Part shown: positions 30,036 to 42,853 of the stretch, piece after piece | How the letters are laid out: each line of letters starts with the position of its first letter | Numbering within the stretch: position 1 is the stretch's first letter | NCBI GenBank assembly: GCA_977862235.1 | Contig: OZ374565.1 | Location: 1,178,001-1,242,000, forward strand | Source of the DNA: Dudresnaya verticillata | Lineage: Eukaryota | Direction of reading: 5' to 3' | Length of the DNA stretch: 64,000 bases | Program-made: the position numbers and the translations under genes | The notes under the pieces: model-generated | The model's database searches: none | The model's input: the letters and a program-made list of their open reading frames with translations, nothing else | Told to the model about the DNA's origin: nothing

Positions 30036-32480
30036 ATGAACACCACCACGACCACCTGCTCCGCTGCTGCCGCCGCCGCCGCCTACCCCGGCCCAGCCGC
30101 CGCCTACCCGGACCCAGCCATCGCCTACCCAAACCCAGCCGCCGCCCATCCGTCCCCGGCCCAGATCGCCGCCCAAGTCGACTACTACTTCTCGCCGTCC
30201 AACCTCCCGCACGACTCCTTCCTACTCTCCGCCATGGATATGTACAACCGCGTCCCGCTCGCCACGGTCCTCTCCTTCCCGCGCATGGTCCAGCTCAACG
30301 CCACCGACCCGGCCTACGTCGCCTTCTGCCTGCGCAACCACGCTACCATGGTCCGTCTGGACTCCTCCGCCACCCTGCTCGAGCCCATCTGGTGTTCCTC
30401 TGCCTCCGCTCTCCGCGCCGCTCCTGCTACGGCCCACAACTACCAGCAGCCGCAGCCGCATCTCAACGCCTTTGTCGCCCCGCCTGAGTTTCCCTACATT
30501 CGCTCCCACATCCCCGCTCACAACAACCCCAGCTTTGTCGCCACGTTGGGTTCTGCTGCTGCTGTCCACCCGCAGCTGCCTTCTCTTTACCATGCTAACG
30601 CCCAGAGGCAGTCTGCCAACACTACCGCTGTCGCCAACTCTACGCTTGCCGCCTACAACGCTACCACCGCCTCGTATGCACCTGTTAGCGCCCGACTCCC
30701 GACGAACACTGCTATCCACCAGCACGTCCTCTACAAACCGACCTCCTTCGTAGCCTCCTACCCACGCACAACCCACCAACCGCCGTACAACGTGTCACAG
30801 TCGACCACGGCCCCGGCCCCGGCCCCGACACATTTTGCCTCCGCAGAACACCCACACACTGCCGTGCCGGGCTTCCATCACCCGGCCGCTGTGTATACTC
30901 AGGGTGTCCAAGCTGAGGGTCCGTATGCCGCGTACCGCGTGCCTCAAGAGTTTCTCCAAGCTCCCGAGGCTGGTGTGACCAACACTGCCCAGCAGGCCGC
31001 CTGGGGCATGGGCCATGGATCACAAGTCACCAGACATGGTGGCGGGTTCTTCGATGCCGAAGATGAAAGCACCGAGTCGAGTGTCGAGTCCGAGACGGAC
31101 AGTAACACTGAAAGTGAGGACGAAAGTGAAGATGGTCTTGATGCCGTTGAAGTTGCTGCTGTGGCTAACGAAGTTGGTGGCCAGGTGGACACCGCTCACG
31201 CCGATGGCGCCGCCATGGACAAAGAAGGTCACTCGCCGGATCACCAGGCCGAGCTGGTGGAGCAGGCTGACAGCGAAGTAGACTGGGCAGCCGAGACGAC
31301 TGAAGAAGCCCTTGCCGTCGATAAGGCAGCTCTCGAGTCTATCCCGTACCCGAAAACGGCCACCGTTGCCGCGGACCAGGCTGTTGTTACCGTCGTTTGC
31401 GGGTCGCAGTATCAGCACCACAATGCCGATACGAACGCTAAGGACACTCGCTGTGCTGATGGCAACGTCGATACCCAGGGCCCGCCAAGTCCTGACTCCT
31501 CCCTCTGCTTGCCTGCAGTCATGCCATGCGCTGCAGTGCAAGAACTGTTCAACACGGTGAGGGCAGCTGAAAGTCACATGCACGAGGAACAGCGCAGAAT
31601 GCCCGCCGACCTGGAGAACAAAGGTAGTGGCGCAGAGGAGCTAGATGAGGGTGCGCGTCGCATGGGCGGCGAATCCAACGGAACACACTCATCAACCAGC
31701 ACTGCAAGCTCTCGCCAAGAGCTGTGCCCGGCGCTGCAGCACTTGTTCATGCTGCATGACATGAGCGAGGCTAAGAAAATCGCGGGAGGTCCCACTGTGC
31801 CGGTCCCTCGGACAGCCAACAACAGCCCTGCCCGGCGCTCTCGTGTCCTATCGCTAGGCCAAAGGCCTGCTCACTCGTCGCAAGGGAGCAGGAACACGAG
31901 CGACTTGACTTCATCGACCGTTTCTTCGCAGGGCAATGGACGCAAGTCGAACTCCCCCAAGGCTAAGGTTAGGCTCCAGGAGAAGCCATTCAGCGAACCT
32001 GCTGATCCTATGGCGGATGTGCGCGACTGTGAGAATGCTGGGGCTGTGACACCCGCACACGGAAGCCCAGTCGGTGCTAGGAGCGAGAGAGCGCTCAAGA
32101 ACATTAGCAACTCTCACAGTGCGTGGGTCAACAAGCCGGCTTCGCTGATGTCTGCTGTGCCCTCTTGGGAAGGTTTGGCAAAGGCACGGCTCCAAGCACT
32201 TGGAAAAGCCGCTGTTGAGGTGAACAGCATTCGTTCCAACCCTTGCACATCCACTAGGGGATCGCTACGTGCTCAAGACAGCCGAGCTGGCCCAGCAGGC
32301 GGGATTGCGACAACTGCAGCGCAAGATATCGAGCAGTCCCGCGGCAAGACAAGCGATGAGGAGAAGACTAACCAGAGTGCTTCGAAGCAGCCCTCATCGT
32401 TCGTCGTTGCGTCGCAGAATGTGTGGAAGAACAAGCCAAGGAGTATTGTTCATTCTGTCGAAGGTGCTAGGAAAGCCTAA
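30036..32480 (+). CDS. La-motif (LAM) RNA-binding protein, LARP-like
   Basis: QIAAQVDYYFSPSNLPHDSFLLSAMD...VPLATVLSFPRMVQL is a La HTH motif. The remainder is long and looks disordered. ATG at 30036. Confidence 0.8.
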   Translation: MNTTTTTCSAAAAAAAYPGPAAAYPDPAIAYPNPAAAHPSPAQIAAQVDYYFSPSNLPHDSFLLSAMDMYNRVPLATVLSFPRMVQLNATDPAYVAFCLRNHATMVRLDSSATLLEPIWCSSASALRAAPATAHNYQQPQPHLNAFVAPPEFPYIRSHIPAHNNPSFVATLGSAAAVHPQLPSLYHANAQRQSANTTAVANSTLAAYNATTASYAPVSARLPTNTAIHQHVLYKPTSFVASYPRTTHQPPYNVSQSTTAPAPAPTHFASAEHPHTAVPGFHHPAAVYTQGVQAEGPYAAYRVPQEFLQAPEAGVTNTAQQAAWGMGHGSQVTRHGGGFFDAEDESTESSVESETDSNTESEDESEDGLDAVEVAAVANEVGGQVDTAHADGAAMDKEGHSPDHQAELVEQADSEVDWAAETTEEALAVDKAALESIPYPKTATVAADQAVVTVVCGSQYQHHNADTNAKDTRCADGNVDTQGPPSPDSSLCLPAVMPCAAVQELFNTVRAAESHMHEEQRRMPADLENKGSGAEELDEGARRMGGESNGTHSSTSTASSRQELCPALQHLFMLHDMSEAKKIAGGPTVPVPRTANNSPARRSRVLSLGQRPAHSSQGSRNTSDLTSSTVSSQGNGRKSNSPKAKVRLQEKPFSEPADPMADVRDCENAGAVTPAHGSPVGARSERALKNISNSHSAWVNKPASLMSAVPSWEGLAKARLQALGKAAVEVNSIRSNPCTSTRGSLRAQDSRAGPAGGIATTAAQDIEQSRGKTSDEEKTNQSASKQPSSFVVASQNVWKNKPRSIVHSVEGARKA

Positions 32481-35396
32481 GCGATAGCCTCGCTTGACAG
32501 CTTACGCCCTTGTTCAACTGCACCTGCATGGTGATCCCTTAATAGTAGAGTAGTATAACAGTTCGTTTTGCCCTATTGAAAACCGCTTATCCCTTCCTAA
32601 ACCCTTTGCTGGCACATACCCACTAACATTTTCGCGGCTATCGTCCGAGTCACTGCAGTCAGCCCTGCAGAGACTCCAACAACGCTACACAATAAAAAAG
32701 AAATCGTTAGCTTCCAGCGACGAGATTCAACATCTACGGAGCTCGCATATTCGTATATGTATTCGTGCTCTGGTGCAACCCGGCCCGAACACTCAAGCCG
32801 TTCGTCTTTGCTGAGAAAAAAGCATGCCATGAGGTCTTCTAGCGATTCAGCGTTCGTCTGAGGCCTTCTTCCTCCGTAGGGACCAGCACGCCAGGCGAGA
32901 AGGCGAAGCACGATCTTCCATTTTCTGACAACGTCAGTTGTTGACACACCTCTTTCTCATCGAAGTTGCTATCTGCTGTGGCTCTCTTTCGTTGCCCTTT
33001 CCTTTCTATGCAGTGGCTTCCATTCAAACTCGCTGCTCCAAATAGAATAAAGATCTGATCCTTGCTATCTTCACATACCTCCTATTATTGCGACTCTCTT
33101 AAACTTTCGCCACTCGGACAACGGACTAGACTAATCCGTTGTCCGAGTTGCGAGATGTTCCCAAGGCCAGAAGAATAAAGTTAGCTGAAAAGCAGTCAAG
33201 CAGGCCTCCGCTTCGTCCTGTTATTGAAGGTCAACTTATGGCAAAAGCTCAGCAGATCGGACGGCTTCTGAAAGGCAAGTGTGCTTCACACGAGCAAGTA
33301 TGTGCGGGTTGCTGTAAACCTTGGAGTTCGCCAGACTTCATAATGTAACATGCATCACTTTACAGCTCAACTTAGTTGTCTCAAACACTGCGTGTATACA
33401 AGGTGGGGCGCCACTGGCGAGAAAAGATACAACGTTAAAGTGGACTTGTGCATTGAGCCCCAGGGAAGGACGCCAGAAATGGGATATGGTGATAATGCTG
33501 CCGTTGCAAAACTTTGGGCACCTCAGGCCGTTGCCACCTGACATAAAGTGGCTTTCGGTGGGGAAGCCGTCCACGCCGTAAACTCTCATTGCCGTTATTC
33601 TTGAAGGTTGGAAAGCTTGACGTGCACACCTTGGTCCTTGCATGTGCTTGCATAGCACGTGTTTTGTATGGCTTGTATTCGACGGGTAGTGCCGTTTATG
33701 GCGCCAAAAAAGACTGGGTATGTGGAACAATCAAAAGGTAAAGGTATTGCTTTGATACAAGCTGCATGTGTGAATTAGAGCCCGTGTTTATGAGCACACT
33801 GGGGACTGGAAGGACTCTTCAAGCTACGATGCAATGTGAGTGCACTGCTTTCCAAAATTAGCGTCATGTTGAACTCTGTACATGAAAAGGAAAGCAACGC
33901 AACGAACAGCAGTTCCACTCTCCAAAGCTCTTTAGGCTCCACGCTGTTAGTATCGTAACTGGTGTCAAATTCGGTTATGACGTGGAATCTGCCAGTGGAG
34001 TCCAAAAGCGCAGAACTGATGAAGCTATCCGTCGTGATGTGTCGTCAAACAAGCTCAAAACTTGCGCGCTCAAGAAATCCTTCCGGCTTGGCCATTCAGA
34101 GGGTCTTGCTCTTCTTTTGCCGGTCCTACGATGGGACAGAACGCTTCGGAGTGTTGACGGAGACTCAAAGAACAGGCTGTCCAGCGCTTGCGAGTCACCG
34201 CATGCTTTTGGTAGACAAAACTTTAGGTTGTCGGAAATCTGTGTAAATAGGTTACGAAGAGTTTGTGTTTGTTTACTGACGAGAGCAAGGACGTCCGCTT
34301 GAGCGGAGGACACCAACTTGTAGACGAACTAAAAGCAACAAGATAATAAAGATAGAGTGACTATAGAAATGGCACTGAGAAGTAGGCATGCCTCTTCGGG
34401 CCCCTGCCTACCGCAGCGCCGGCGTTGGCAACTACTTCCTAGCGCGGCTTCCGTGTGCACAACGGGATGGCAATTACAGGTGATGGATAGCAGACGTTCG
34501 AACGGGTACGCTCGGCCAAAGTGATACAGGCTGCCTCGCACCTGTCACTGCTCGCTACTCCCCGTTTTGACTCTTCGCAGGTATACACACAGTGTACACA
34601 GGGGCACACACAGCAGACTGCCTCCGAACCACAGAAGCTGCCAACAAACCAACTTGCTAGGCCATCGTTGAGCCTACCGCGGATGCTACGTCCCCTGGCA
34701 GAATGATGTGTAATGAAAGTTGCTCTTCTAGAATCAGGTTTCGGATGTTAGCCGCAGGCGTCAGTTGCTCCAGAGTCAAGTTGGTAGGTTTGGCAATGAT
34801 CATCCCCGAACGTCAGAGGTGTTTGTCGGCCCGTCAATGGGCAGCTGTGGTGGTTGTCAGAGTTAGTCAACAGATAGATTTATCGTCTCGGTCAAAGACC
34901 GATCCATACATACCGACAGTCTGGCTTTTTGAGCAACGTACTACCGGATGTGTCCTTCTGATGTCCAAAAAAAAAACGAAGAGCAATAAACAAAATCGTT
35001 GAGTCCAATGTGTGTGCTTTGAAGATTCAAGGTTCTTTGAGGAAAGACACGTCTTCGTAAGGCAAGCGCAGCTGCAGGTTCTAGAAAACATGCGATATCG
35101 AAAACCGGCCCTTTTGATGTCAAGAGCGAGTCATATTGATATCGCTTTTTGTCATGGATCTGCCGACTTGGACTTTCACCATGCAGTCAACGGTTGAACA
35201 CAAACCGAAAACTCTTTTGTCGGTTCCAAGAAATCGTCTAGTATGTGGCACCCTTGCAGGCTACCAGAGCATGTTGCAATTCCTCGTTCAAATCATAGGT
35301 ATTTAATCTTCTCAAAGCCACACAGCCATAACGTATTTACAATGACGATGGACATCTTTGCCAAAGGGATTGCATCGGGTGAGAACGGAGAGGAAC

Positions 35397-35418
35397 TATA
35401 TATATATATATATATATA
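35397..35418. repeat. (TA)n microsatellite
   Basis: About 11 TA units seen directly. Confidence 0.9.
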
Positions 35419-38400
35419 CCGCCCCCCAGGGGTGCACCCCATATACACATACGTCTACTTATTGGAAGACTAATGTGAAAGCGGAGGGAGCCGCAAGCAA
35501 GTGTGATGTCATATGCCTTGCGACTTTCTCAGGGGCAGCAGCCATCGTGTCGTGCCACAGTAACAAATCAGTCTTCGATGCTACTTGCTGTGTGTACCCT
35601 TCTTTGCAGACCTCTAACAGCTTTGCAAGACGCGAGCGGAGAGCTGATCCGTACGCACATGCTATTCGAGTTTATTTGACCTTTAAGCTTCGCAAACGAG
35701 GAATAGAAAAGGGTCTGCTGCAGTGGTAGCAAGCAGTCTGCATAGTCATTCTGAGCAGGCGTACAAGACCTGCACCCGCAGCTGTTGATTGTTGATTCTC
35801 CACCTGGAACTAGAGCAGTCAGGAGAACAACTAGAGAACTACTCTAGAGTCCATCCAATCTGTTTCTGTGCAACAAAGTTGGCAGGCGCATTCCTGAAGA
35901 TATGTTCTCTGCCAAATACACTCTTGATGATTTGGAGGAGGAACAAATGGTTGCGGTTAAACATCTGGTACAGGCGGTTCCAAGATTTCCAAACTACTTT
36001 ATCTCGCTTCGACCTTTGCGTCGACGCGCAGAGCTTGGTAGTACTGATAAACATGCTACAATAGATTCAGATAGACAGTCCAAAGTATTTATTTATGTAC
36101 ATCCGTATGATGTGTTCGGCTGTCAAACTCGGAAGAGAAAGGGGCGATTTCCAACTGTGAATAAGGGACCTCTGTTGTGCACTCCTTCGCGAGGAAATAT
36201 ACATTGGGGCACTTTTAAAATGTGTGAATGACAGTTCACTTGGGCTACTCTGCAGCCTCACAACTATTGTTTTTAAGCCGATAAGTGTGCAGGGACCATA
36301 TAGACGTTAAGTATAAACACATACTTGCCCGTGGTTGGTGCGCCATGATAATACTTATGATGTATCTCAGCTGCCTTCTTTGTTCAGTGGTTTGCGGACA
36401 AGCTTATCAGAGCTTTACGGATGGAAAAGTTTTTTTTTGTTGTTGTTGTTGCTGTTGCTGTTGTACCTGCTAATATAGATGCCCATTGCAGCGGTGTACT
36501 GTGTATGTTTTCTATCCTCGGGCTACTTTTTTTTTTTTATGGGTGTCCGTTTGGTACCTGACACAAGCTGTGATCAAGGTAGGTTGTTTCAAGAAGTTTA
36601 AACTGACTCGCAAGTGTAGACAGACGCAGGGTTGAGGAAACGGAAGAACAGCAGTTCAAAGACGTGATCCCACCTGGTGATCTACGAGGGGCAAGTGGAA
36701 GCTTTGGTCGCCAATGATGTATTCTAGTCGCGCACGGGTTGGGTATGAGCCCCAGAGGCACGGGATGACATTTTTCTTGTTCCCGACACGCAATGGCATA
36801 CAAGTCTGCTCTATTACTTGAGTGGCAGGTAAGGGCTTTTCGTCTTGTCCTGACTTGGAATACTGTACTTTAGTACTGGACAAGATACTGGTGCGGCGTC
36901 TCGGCAGAGATGTGTTCCGAGAGCATCAAGGGCATCCAACAAAAGCTGTAGCAATATGCAAGCAAGACGGCAACGGGGGCTTTGTGTAGCACGTGACGTG
37001 CGTTGGGTAACGACGACGTGTCGTATTAACGTGGGTGGAACACAGGTGTGAATTGTCTTTCCGTGCTGGACCCTTTCGACGCTTTCGAGGTCAAAGTTGG
37101 GCTATCGCATTACGTGTCACTGTAAGTGCTCTCTCTCTCTCTCAACTCTGTTTTGCATTGCATGGACCTTTGACAGATATAGAATGCAAACGCTCTCTCG
37201 ACTGTCCCACACACACACACCCTTCCTGATCGCCGAATTATCTGGAGGATCACTCAATCCGAAACGTTGGTGTATACCCTGCCAAGTCCCATGAAATGGG
37301 AAACAGAGACGTGGCCCGGAGAGCGGAACATAAAGGGCTACGTTGGAGAGGTTGTGCGTGTTGAGGGGAAAAAACGCTCTTGCAACATCCTTACTGGTCT
37401 CGAGGAGTTAATACTATAAGAAGTGTATAAGAGCGCGAGGACTGCAGCCCCTGAGTGATCTGCGGTCTTCTGTTCGACGCGTGGGAATGATCGACGAAGC
37501 AGAGTAGATCAAGTTGGTAAAAAAAAAGGAGGATGTTGTTGGTCAGCTACGATCCGCCACTGGGCACCTGTCGATTGAAGCTACGATGTGTATGTTATAA
37601 ATACCAATGGTGAGACTTGCGCTCTGCAACACGCCATATGAGGAAAGTAAGTTCCTGACAGCTCAGTGCGCTATATTTTTTTTGAAGAATGAAGCATCAC
37701 AAGAGAACGTGATCATTCATCATTCACAGTTGCCATCATACCGGACACATCGTTGACACTGCAAAGTTGCAAACCGTGTAACATGAGGCGTTGGAACGTA
37801 GGCCGTCTGCCGTCTTCTATTGTTGGGCGCGAGTCGCTGACAAGTGCGTTAGGCGTGTGTGATCCTTGCAGTCTGAGAGAAGAAAATATTGCGGCTTTCT
37901 GTTGAAGAGCGGTGGGACACGAGATGTGTATGTTTCTGTTCAAGTGTGCACAAGGTTCTTGTAGCAGCGGAGCTGTTAACAGCGAGGACAATAATAGTAG
38001 TAAGTTGATACCCGTTCTTCTAAAGAGGAGCCCGTGTGCTATCTGTCAGGGACAGGACATGCCTTGGATTGACGATGGATTTCCGTCAGTTGGTCACGCT
38101 TACCGAAAGGCGCTGACCAGGACGACTCGGACGGCCGACTGTCGCATGTGATCAAATGTGCTTGCTTCACCTACAAACTAGTCGAGTCTGTCCTGCTGAG
38201 AGCTGTCCTTTCACAACAATCGCATCGAGTGTAAGATACTGCTGCTGCACAACTGGAGTAGTGTACGGAGGCAGCTTTGGGAAAAAGCAGTCGGCTGTTA
38301 GCATGTGCCCTTCTGGGCTTGTAATTGAAACGTTGAAACGACACTTGCTTGGCTTGACCCATCTCGGGTGAGGAATGTCAGCAACACAACGGACGGAGCG

Positions 38401-39971
38401 AGTCCTTGCATTGTACGCCTGATCTGTCGATCTGTGGGCGCACAGCGCCGGATAGAGAAGGCGGACGATAGACGCCGTCTACCGCGCTCGTCTCTTCACT
38501 GAAGGGTGGAGAGCTTACTCGAGAGTTGTTCTACGACTGCTGCAGTGATGCCAAGGCACGAAGGAAGGCACAAACCGTACCCACAGCAAGCAAGTCAGGT
38601 CACGCTGACAGAGCAGGGACAAGCAGGTAATCAGAGTGGTGTGGCAGCCTTGCTTCCAACCGGTGGCTTTCGGGTGTGCGTATGGGGCCCTTCGGAGTTC
38701 CGCCTCTTTCCGTAAGGCAAAAAGTCGTTCCGCATTCCAAGCGCGCAGCGAGTCGGCTGCATGGACGCGACACAGTGACGTGCGTGCCACAGAAGCGGGG
38801 CGCGGCCGAGTCTGAGTCGGCGGTGGTCCACGAAGGACATGCGCATTCGCCGTTGGCGTAGGCCTTCTCCCCCCACTTTCCCTTTTTCCTCGTCGTCGAG
38901 TATTTAACGACGCGCAACTGAAGGAGAGACAAAGCGGTTTCCCGCCCTCCGCTGGCGCGCGCGCGCGTCGACGCGGGAGTGATGGCCAACGGAACGGTAT
39001 GAATAAGGGGAGCGCGCGCCCTTGTTGAGGAGCGGAAGGTAATTAACGAGCGCCTGTGGAAGGTCTTGGCATGACCCGCCCGCCGCCACGTATGAAAAAA
39101 GGGCTGTCAGAAGGGTGACGGCGTGTAGATGGTCTGCAGAGAGAGGAAGCTATTCTTCTTGTGGGAGCTTGAGACGCTTGCGACTGCTGTCTTCCAAGGC
39201 TGCGCCGAGTCCGTACCGCTGCTCCATGGAAGACACACTGGTACCCCCGCGCCAACCTCTGGAAACATACAATGTTTGCCTCAACAGCCCCAGCGCCGCC
39301 GCGCCCGCGGCGCCCGCGGCGCCTGCGGCGCCCGCGGCGCCCGCAGTATCGCTATGTCGTCGCGCAACGACGCCGTCCACCTGCCACGCTGCGCGTCACC
39401 GTGTTTCAACGCAGCGTAGACCATGCTGCGCCGGCGCGCCACCGGTAGGAAAACGGAGCGACGATATTCAAACGCCGCGCGCGTCGGAGACGCATGCGCG
39501 CTCCCGCGAGGGTGTGGGACGCGCGGCGCACGGCGCTGCATGCGGCGCCATGGTCGCGCGACTTGCGCGCGCGGCGTGCGCTGCGCTGCGCTGCGCGTTC
39601 CACTGCGCGCCGCGCCGTCCACGCGGTCTGTTTGCGCGCGTGCGCGCGGGTAGCCTTCGAAGGGTGCTCACGCAGCTGCTGCTGACGTCTTCCCTCAATC
39701 CGTTGCGCCGGCTGCAGTTGCTGCGGAGGACGACGCGAGCAAACTGCGGAATGGTACGACGTCTGGCGGCGGAGGCAATCTTCGCTCTGCCGCGGGCGGA
39801 GTTGCACGCCGTTTACGGCGCCTTTAGCGGAAGCGCAAAATCGCTCTAAAGCGCCAAATAGAGCGAATAGAGTCGCACTTGCATCCACTGTAAAGCCGCT
39901 GCACAACGTCGTACCGTTTCGCCGAGAGACGCTCCTCCCTCGGACTACGCCGCGCTTCGCCGCCCTCCGCC

Positions 39972-40006
<35 letters not shown>

Positions 40007-41508
40007 CTTCCTCCGCTCATTCACGCCGCCCCGTATGACGTCCGCGCCGCGCGCCCCGCTCCCCGCCCCGCCGACTCTCGTGAGCCGTGTGCTTCCATGA
40101 GAAGCTCGCCCGACCCGGCGCCGTGCAGGAGCCCGCGCCCGCTCGTTGCAACGTCTGCATGGCATGGCATGGCACCGCCGCGCTCGCGTCGCGCACAGTC
40201 TCGTCCCGTCCGACTCGACCGCCTCCCCGGCCGAGACACACACACTCCGTGCTTCACTGCTACCTACCTCCTCTTTCGCCGCAGGCCTGCCGGCCTCGTC
40301 TCGCAGCTTCCGCTTCAGACGGCTCCGTGAGCGCGTCCGCGTCCGCTCGCCGCCGCATCCCAACCAGAGCTCACCTTCTTCCTCTTTTCTCTTTCGAGCG
40401 TGCCAACCTTGCAGTATGACACCCCGCGGTGCACAGACGCCCTCTCCCTCGCCTCGCGCCGAATCCTTCTCCTTCTATCCGCATACACAGCTTCTCTGCC
40501 ACACACACACACACACACACAACTCTCCTTCATCCTCGCTCTCGCGCCATCTCGCTCTCGCTCTCTCGTGAAAGTTGACGATATGCGATTGGAACACTGC
40601 GTGATGACGCTGTGGCAATTGTGCATACTACTGACGTGCGATGTGCGCAAGCTGGGAGAGCCAAACTCTCACACGCCGCTCAGACACGCCATCGTCTTTG
40701 ACAATGTATGGCGCGCGTGGGAGGCTCACTCACAGCGGGTGCTTGCGAGACTCACACAGAGTCGCCGCCTGTACTGTACACTCCCTCGGCAGCGGTGCAA
40801 GCAGCGGAGATGGCGCGGGTCTGAGAGTTGTTTTCGTGCGCACAAGGAAAGCCGTCTGTCGCGGCGCTTGTTGCGCAAGTGCATCTGGCAACACGAGTGT
40901 TGTCGGCGGCTCTCGCAAGGGTCGGCCGAGGCGCTGGTGCGCGACATCTCGCGAGCTTTTGGCGCTGACTTACCACATGACTGACCGACACATGTTGTTG
41001 TTGCCGTGAGGAAGCGCCGCGCGTACTCGGCATGTGCGTGCTTCCATGGAGCAGAGCGCACAGTGCCATTGCGCAAAGGTGCAACTGGTGTCTACTGTAC
41101 CTCCCTCTCTCCTTTTTTTTCGCGTGTGTGTGTGTGTTGGACAGACGTGCTGATGACGGCATGGTGCGTGTCCATGTACAGTTGGTCTTGGTTTATTGAG
41201 TTGCGAAGGGGCTAGTCTGCTTTCTCCGGGGCAGACTTGGTGGATTTGGAGGCGTGTAGCTGGCGCGCTATGGTTCCATCGCAGGTGGAAGTGTGAGCGC
41301 GACAGCTACAACAGGAAATGGAAGTGAAACAGGCGAGCAAGCATCCTGCGGGTTGAGCAGCTCTCAACTACTCAAAAGGCCAGGGCTTGCCAGCGGTGCG
41401 GTCAACGATGCCAGTGCATCGCCAGTCGTCGGCAGACGACATGATCGAGGAACAAGAGTCTTGGCGATCAACGTAGCCCGGTGTGGCATGACAACAGGAC
41501 CGAGGCGT

Positions 41509-42489
41509 CTAGAGCAACAAGATGTGGTATGAGCCGCTGGGGAGTCCCTGGGAGACCGTGACCTCGATACCTTGGGCGTCGCGCAGCGTGAAAAAGGTGC
41601 CCTTGGGGAGGTCAAAGTGCCTGGCAATGGCATCTCTAATGTCTTTTGAGGTGGCGCCGGCAAACCAGACCAGGGAGAAGACGTCGTTGCCCGAGTAGAC
41701 CTCGATGCGGTGCTTGTCCGGCGGGTCTGGGGCTTGGTCGTGCTCGTCGTTGGTGGAGGAGGAGGCATGCGAGGCAGACGTGGCGTGGTTTGCATTATCA
41801 CGGGCCGCGGCGGCGGCAGTAGCGGCGGAGGTGGCACCGGCGGTGGGGCTGCCACCGGTGGCGCCCGGGGACGGCGGGGTGGGCGGCATGCGCAAGGCAG
41901 CCGGGCGCCGGGCGGGCGACGTCGGGGGGTGGTCTGGTTGATGTTGTCGGGCTGCGGAGGCGGAGGCGGAGGCGGAGGAGGGAAGGGCGTGCAAGTTTGG
42001 GCGCGAGGGAAGCGGCGTGGCGGCGGCGGCGGCGGCAGAGGTGAGGAGGATGATGCGGTCCTTCTGTGCGAGCCAGCGGTAGTAGGTGCGCGTCGAGATC
42101 CCGCGGGCATGGCAGGCGTCCTGGATGGACTGGCGGCCCGACTCGACGTCGCGCACGCAGGCGAGGCGCTGCGCGAGCGGCGTGCACACGCGGCGCGCGT
42201 GCGCGGCGCGCTGCCACCGGTAGAAGGTGCGGTGCGAGATGCCTGCGCGCGCGCACGCGGCCGGAACGGAGAGGCGGCCGGTCGAGACTGCGGAGAGCAG
42301 CGCGGCGCGGCGCGGCGGCGTGGCTGGGGCGAGTGCGGCGCGGGTGGAAGGCGGCGGCGGCGGCGGAGATGGCGGCGGCGGCGGCGGAGGTGGAGGCGGC
42401 GGCGGCGGCGGAGGCGGCGGCGGAGGCGGAGGCGGAGATGAGGATGGCGGCGGCGGAGAGGAGGATGGCGGAGGGGCGCGCGGCGGCAT
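41509..42489 (-). CDS. Protein with two transposase-type HTH motifs and a C-terminal beta-grasp-like domain (326 aa)
   Basis: SVPAACARAGISHRTFYRW and SIQDACHARGISTRTYYRW, plus a compact C-terminal domain IEVYSG..DIRDAIARHFDLP..FTLRD..LPSGSYHI. First in-frame ATG at 42489; start uncertain. Confidence 0.7.
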   Translation of the reverse strand: MPPRAPPPSSSPPPPSSSPPPPPPPPPPPPPPPPPPPPPPSPPPPPPSTRAALAPATPPRRAALLSAVSTGRLSVPAACARAGISHRTFYRWQRAAHARRVCTPLAQRLACVRDVESGRQSIQDACHARGISTRTYYRWLAQKDRIILLTSAAAAAATPLPSRPNLHALPSSASASASAARQHQPDHPPTSPARRPAALRMPPTPPSPGATGGSPTAGATSAATAAAAARDNANHATSASHASSSTNDEHDQAPDPPDKHRIEVYSGNDVFSLVWFAGATSKDIRDAIARHFDLPKGTFFTLRDAQGIEVTVSQGLPSGSYHILLL

Positions 42490-42853
42490 GGCGGCGGCGG
42501 CGGGCGGCGGCGGGGCATGGCGACGGGGGCGCGGGCGGGGCGCGGCGCGGCGGCACGGAGGCCATGTTGAAGGGCGCGACGCGGAGGGTGGCGCCGCGCG
42601 TTTTGGCGGACAGTTCGGACGCGGCGCTGATGGATGACCCGCGCGGCGGACGCGGTCGGCGCATCGCATCGCATTGCACCGCGCGCTGTTGCGCCCAAAG
42701 CGTCCAACGCGGACCGAACGCTCAAACGCCCAAGCGCCCAAAACGCGCCCATAAAACCGCATCCGCATCCGCATCCGCACCGCCGCACCGACCACCGTCC
42801 CACCGTCGCACAGACCGCCTCTCCCCCCTCCGCCCCCCGCCCCGCCCCCCGCC

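Noticed and set aside
36656..36883. EYIIGDQSF resembling a Harbinger transposase motif
   Set aside because: A single short motif with no other DDE context or TIRs.
32600..38900. Short ORFs in the lower-GC interval
   Set aside because: No recognisable domains or codon bias; may be decayed sequence but not assignable by eye.
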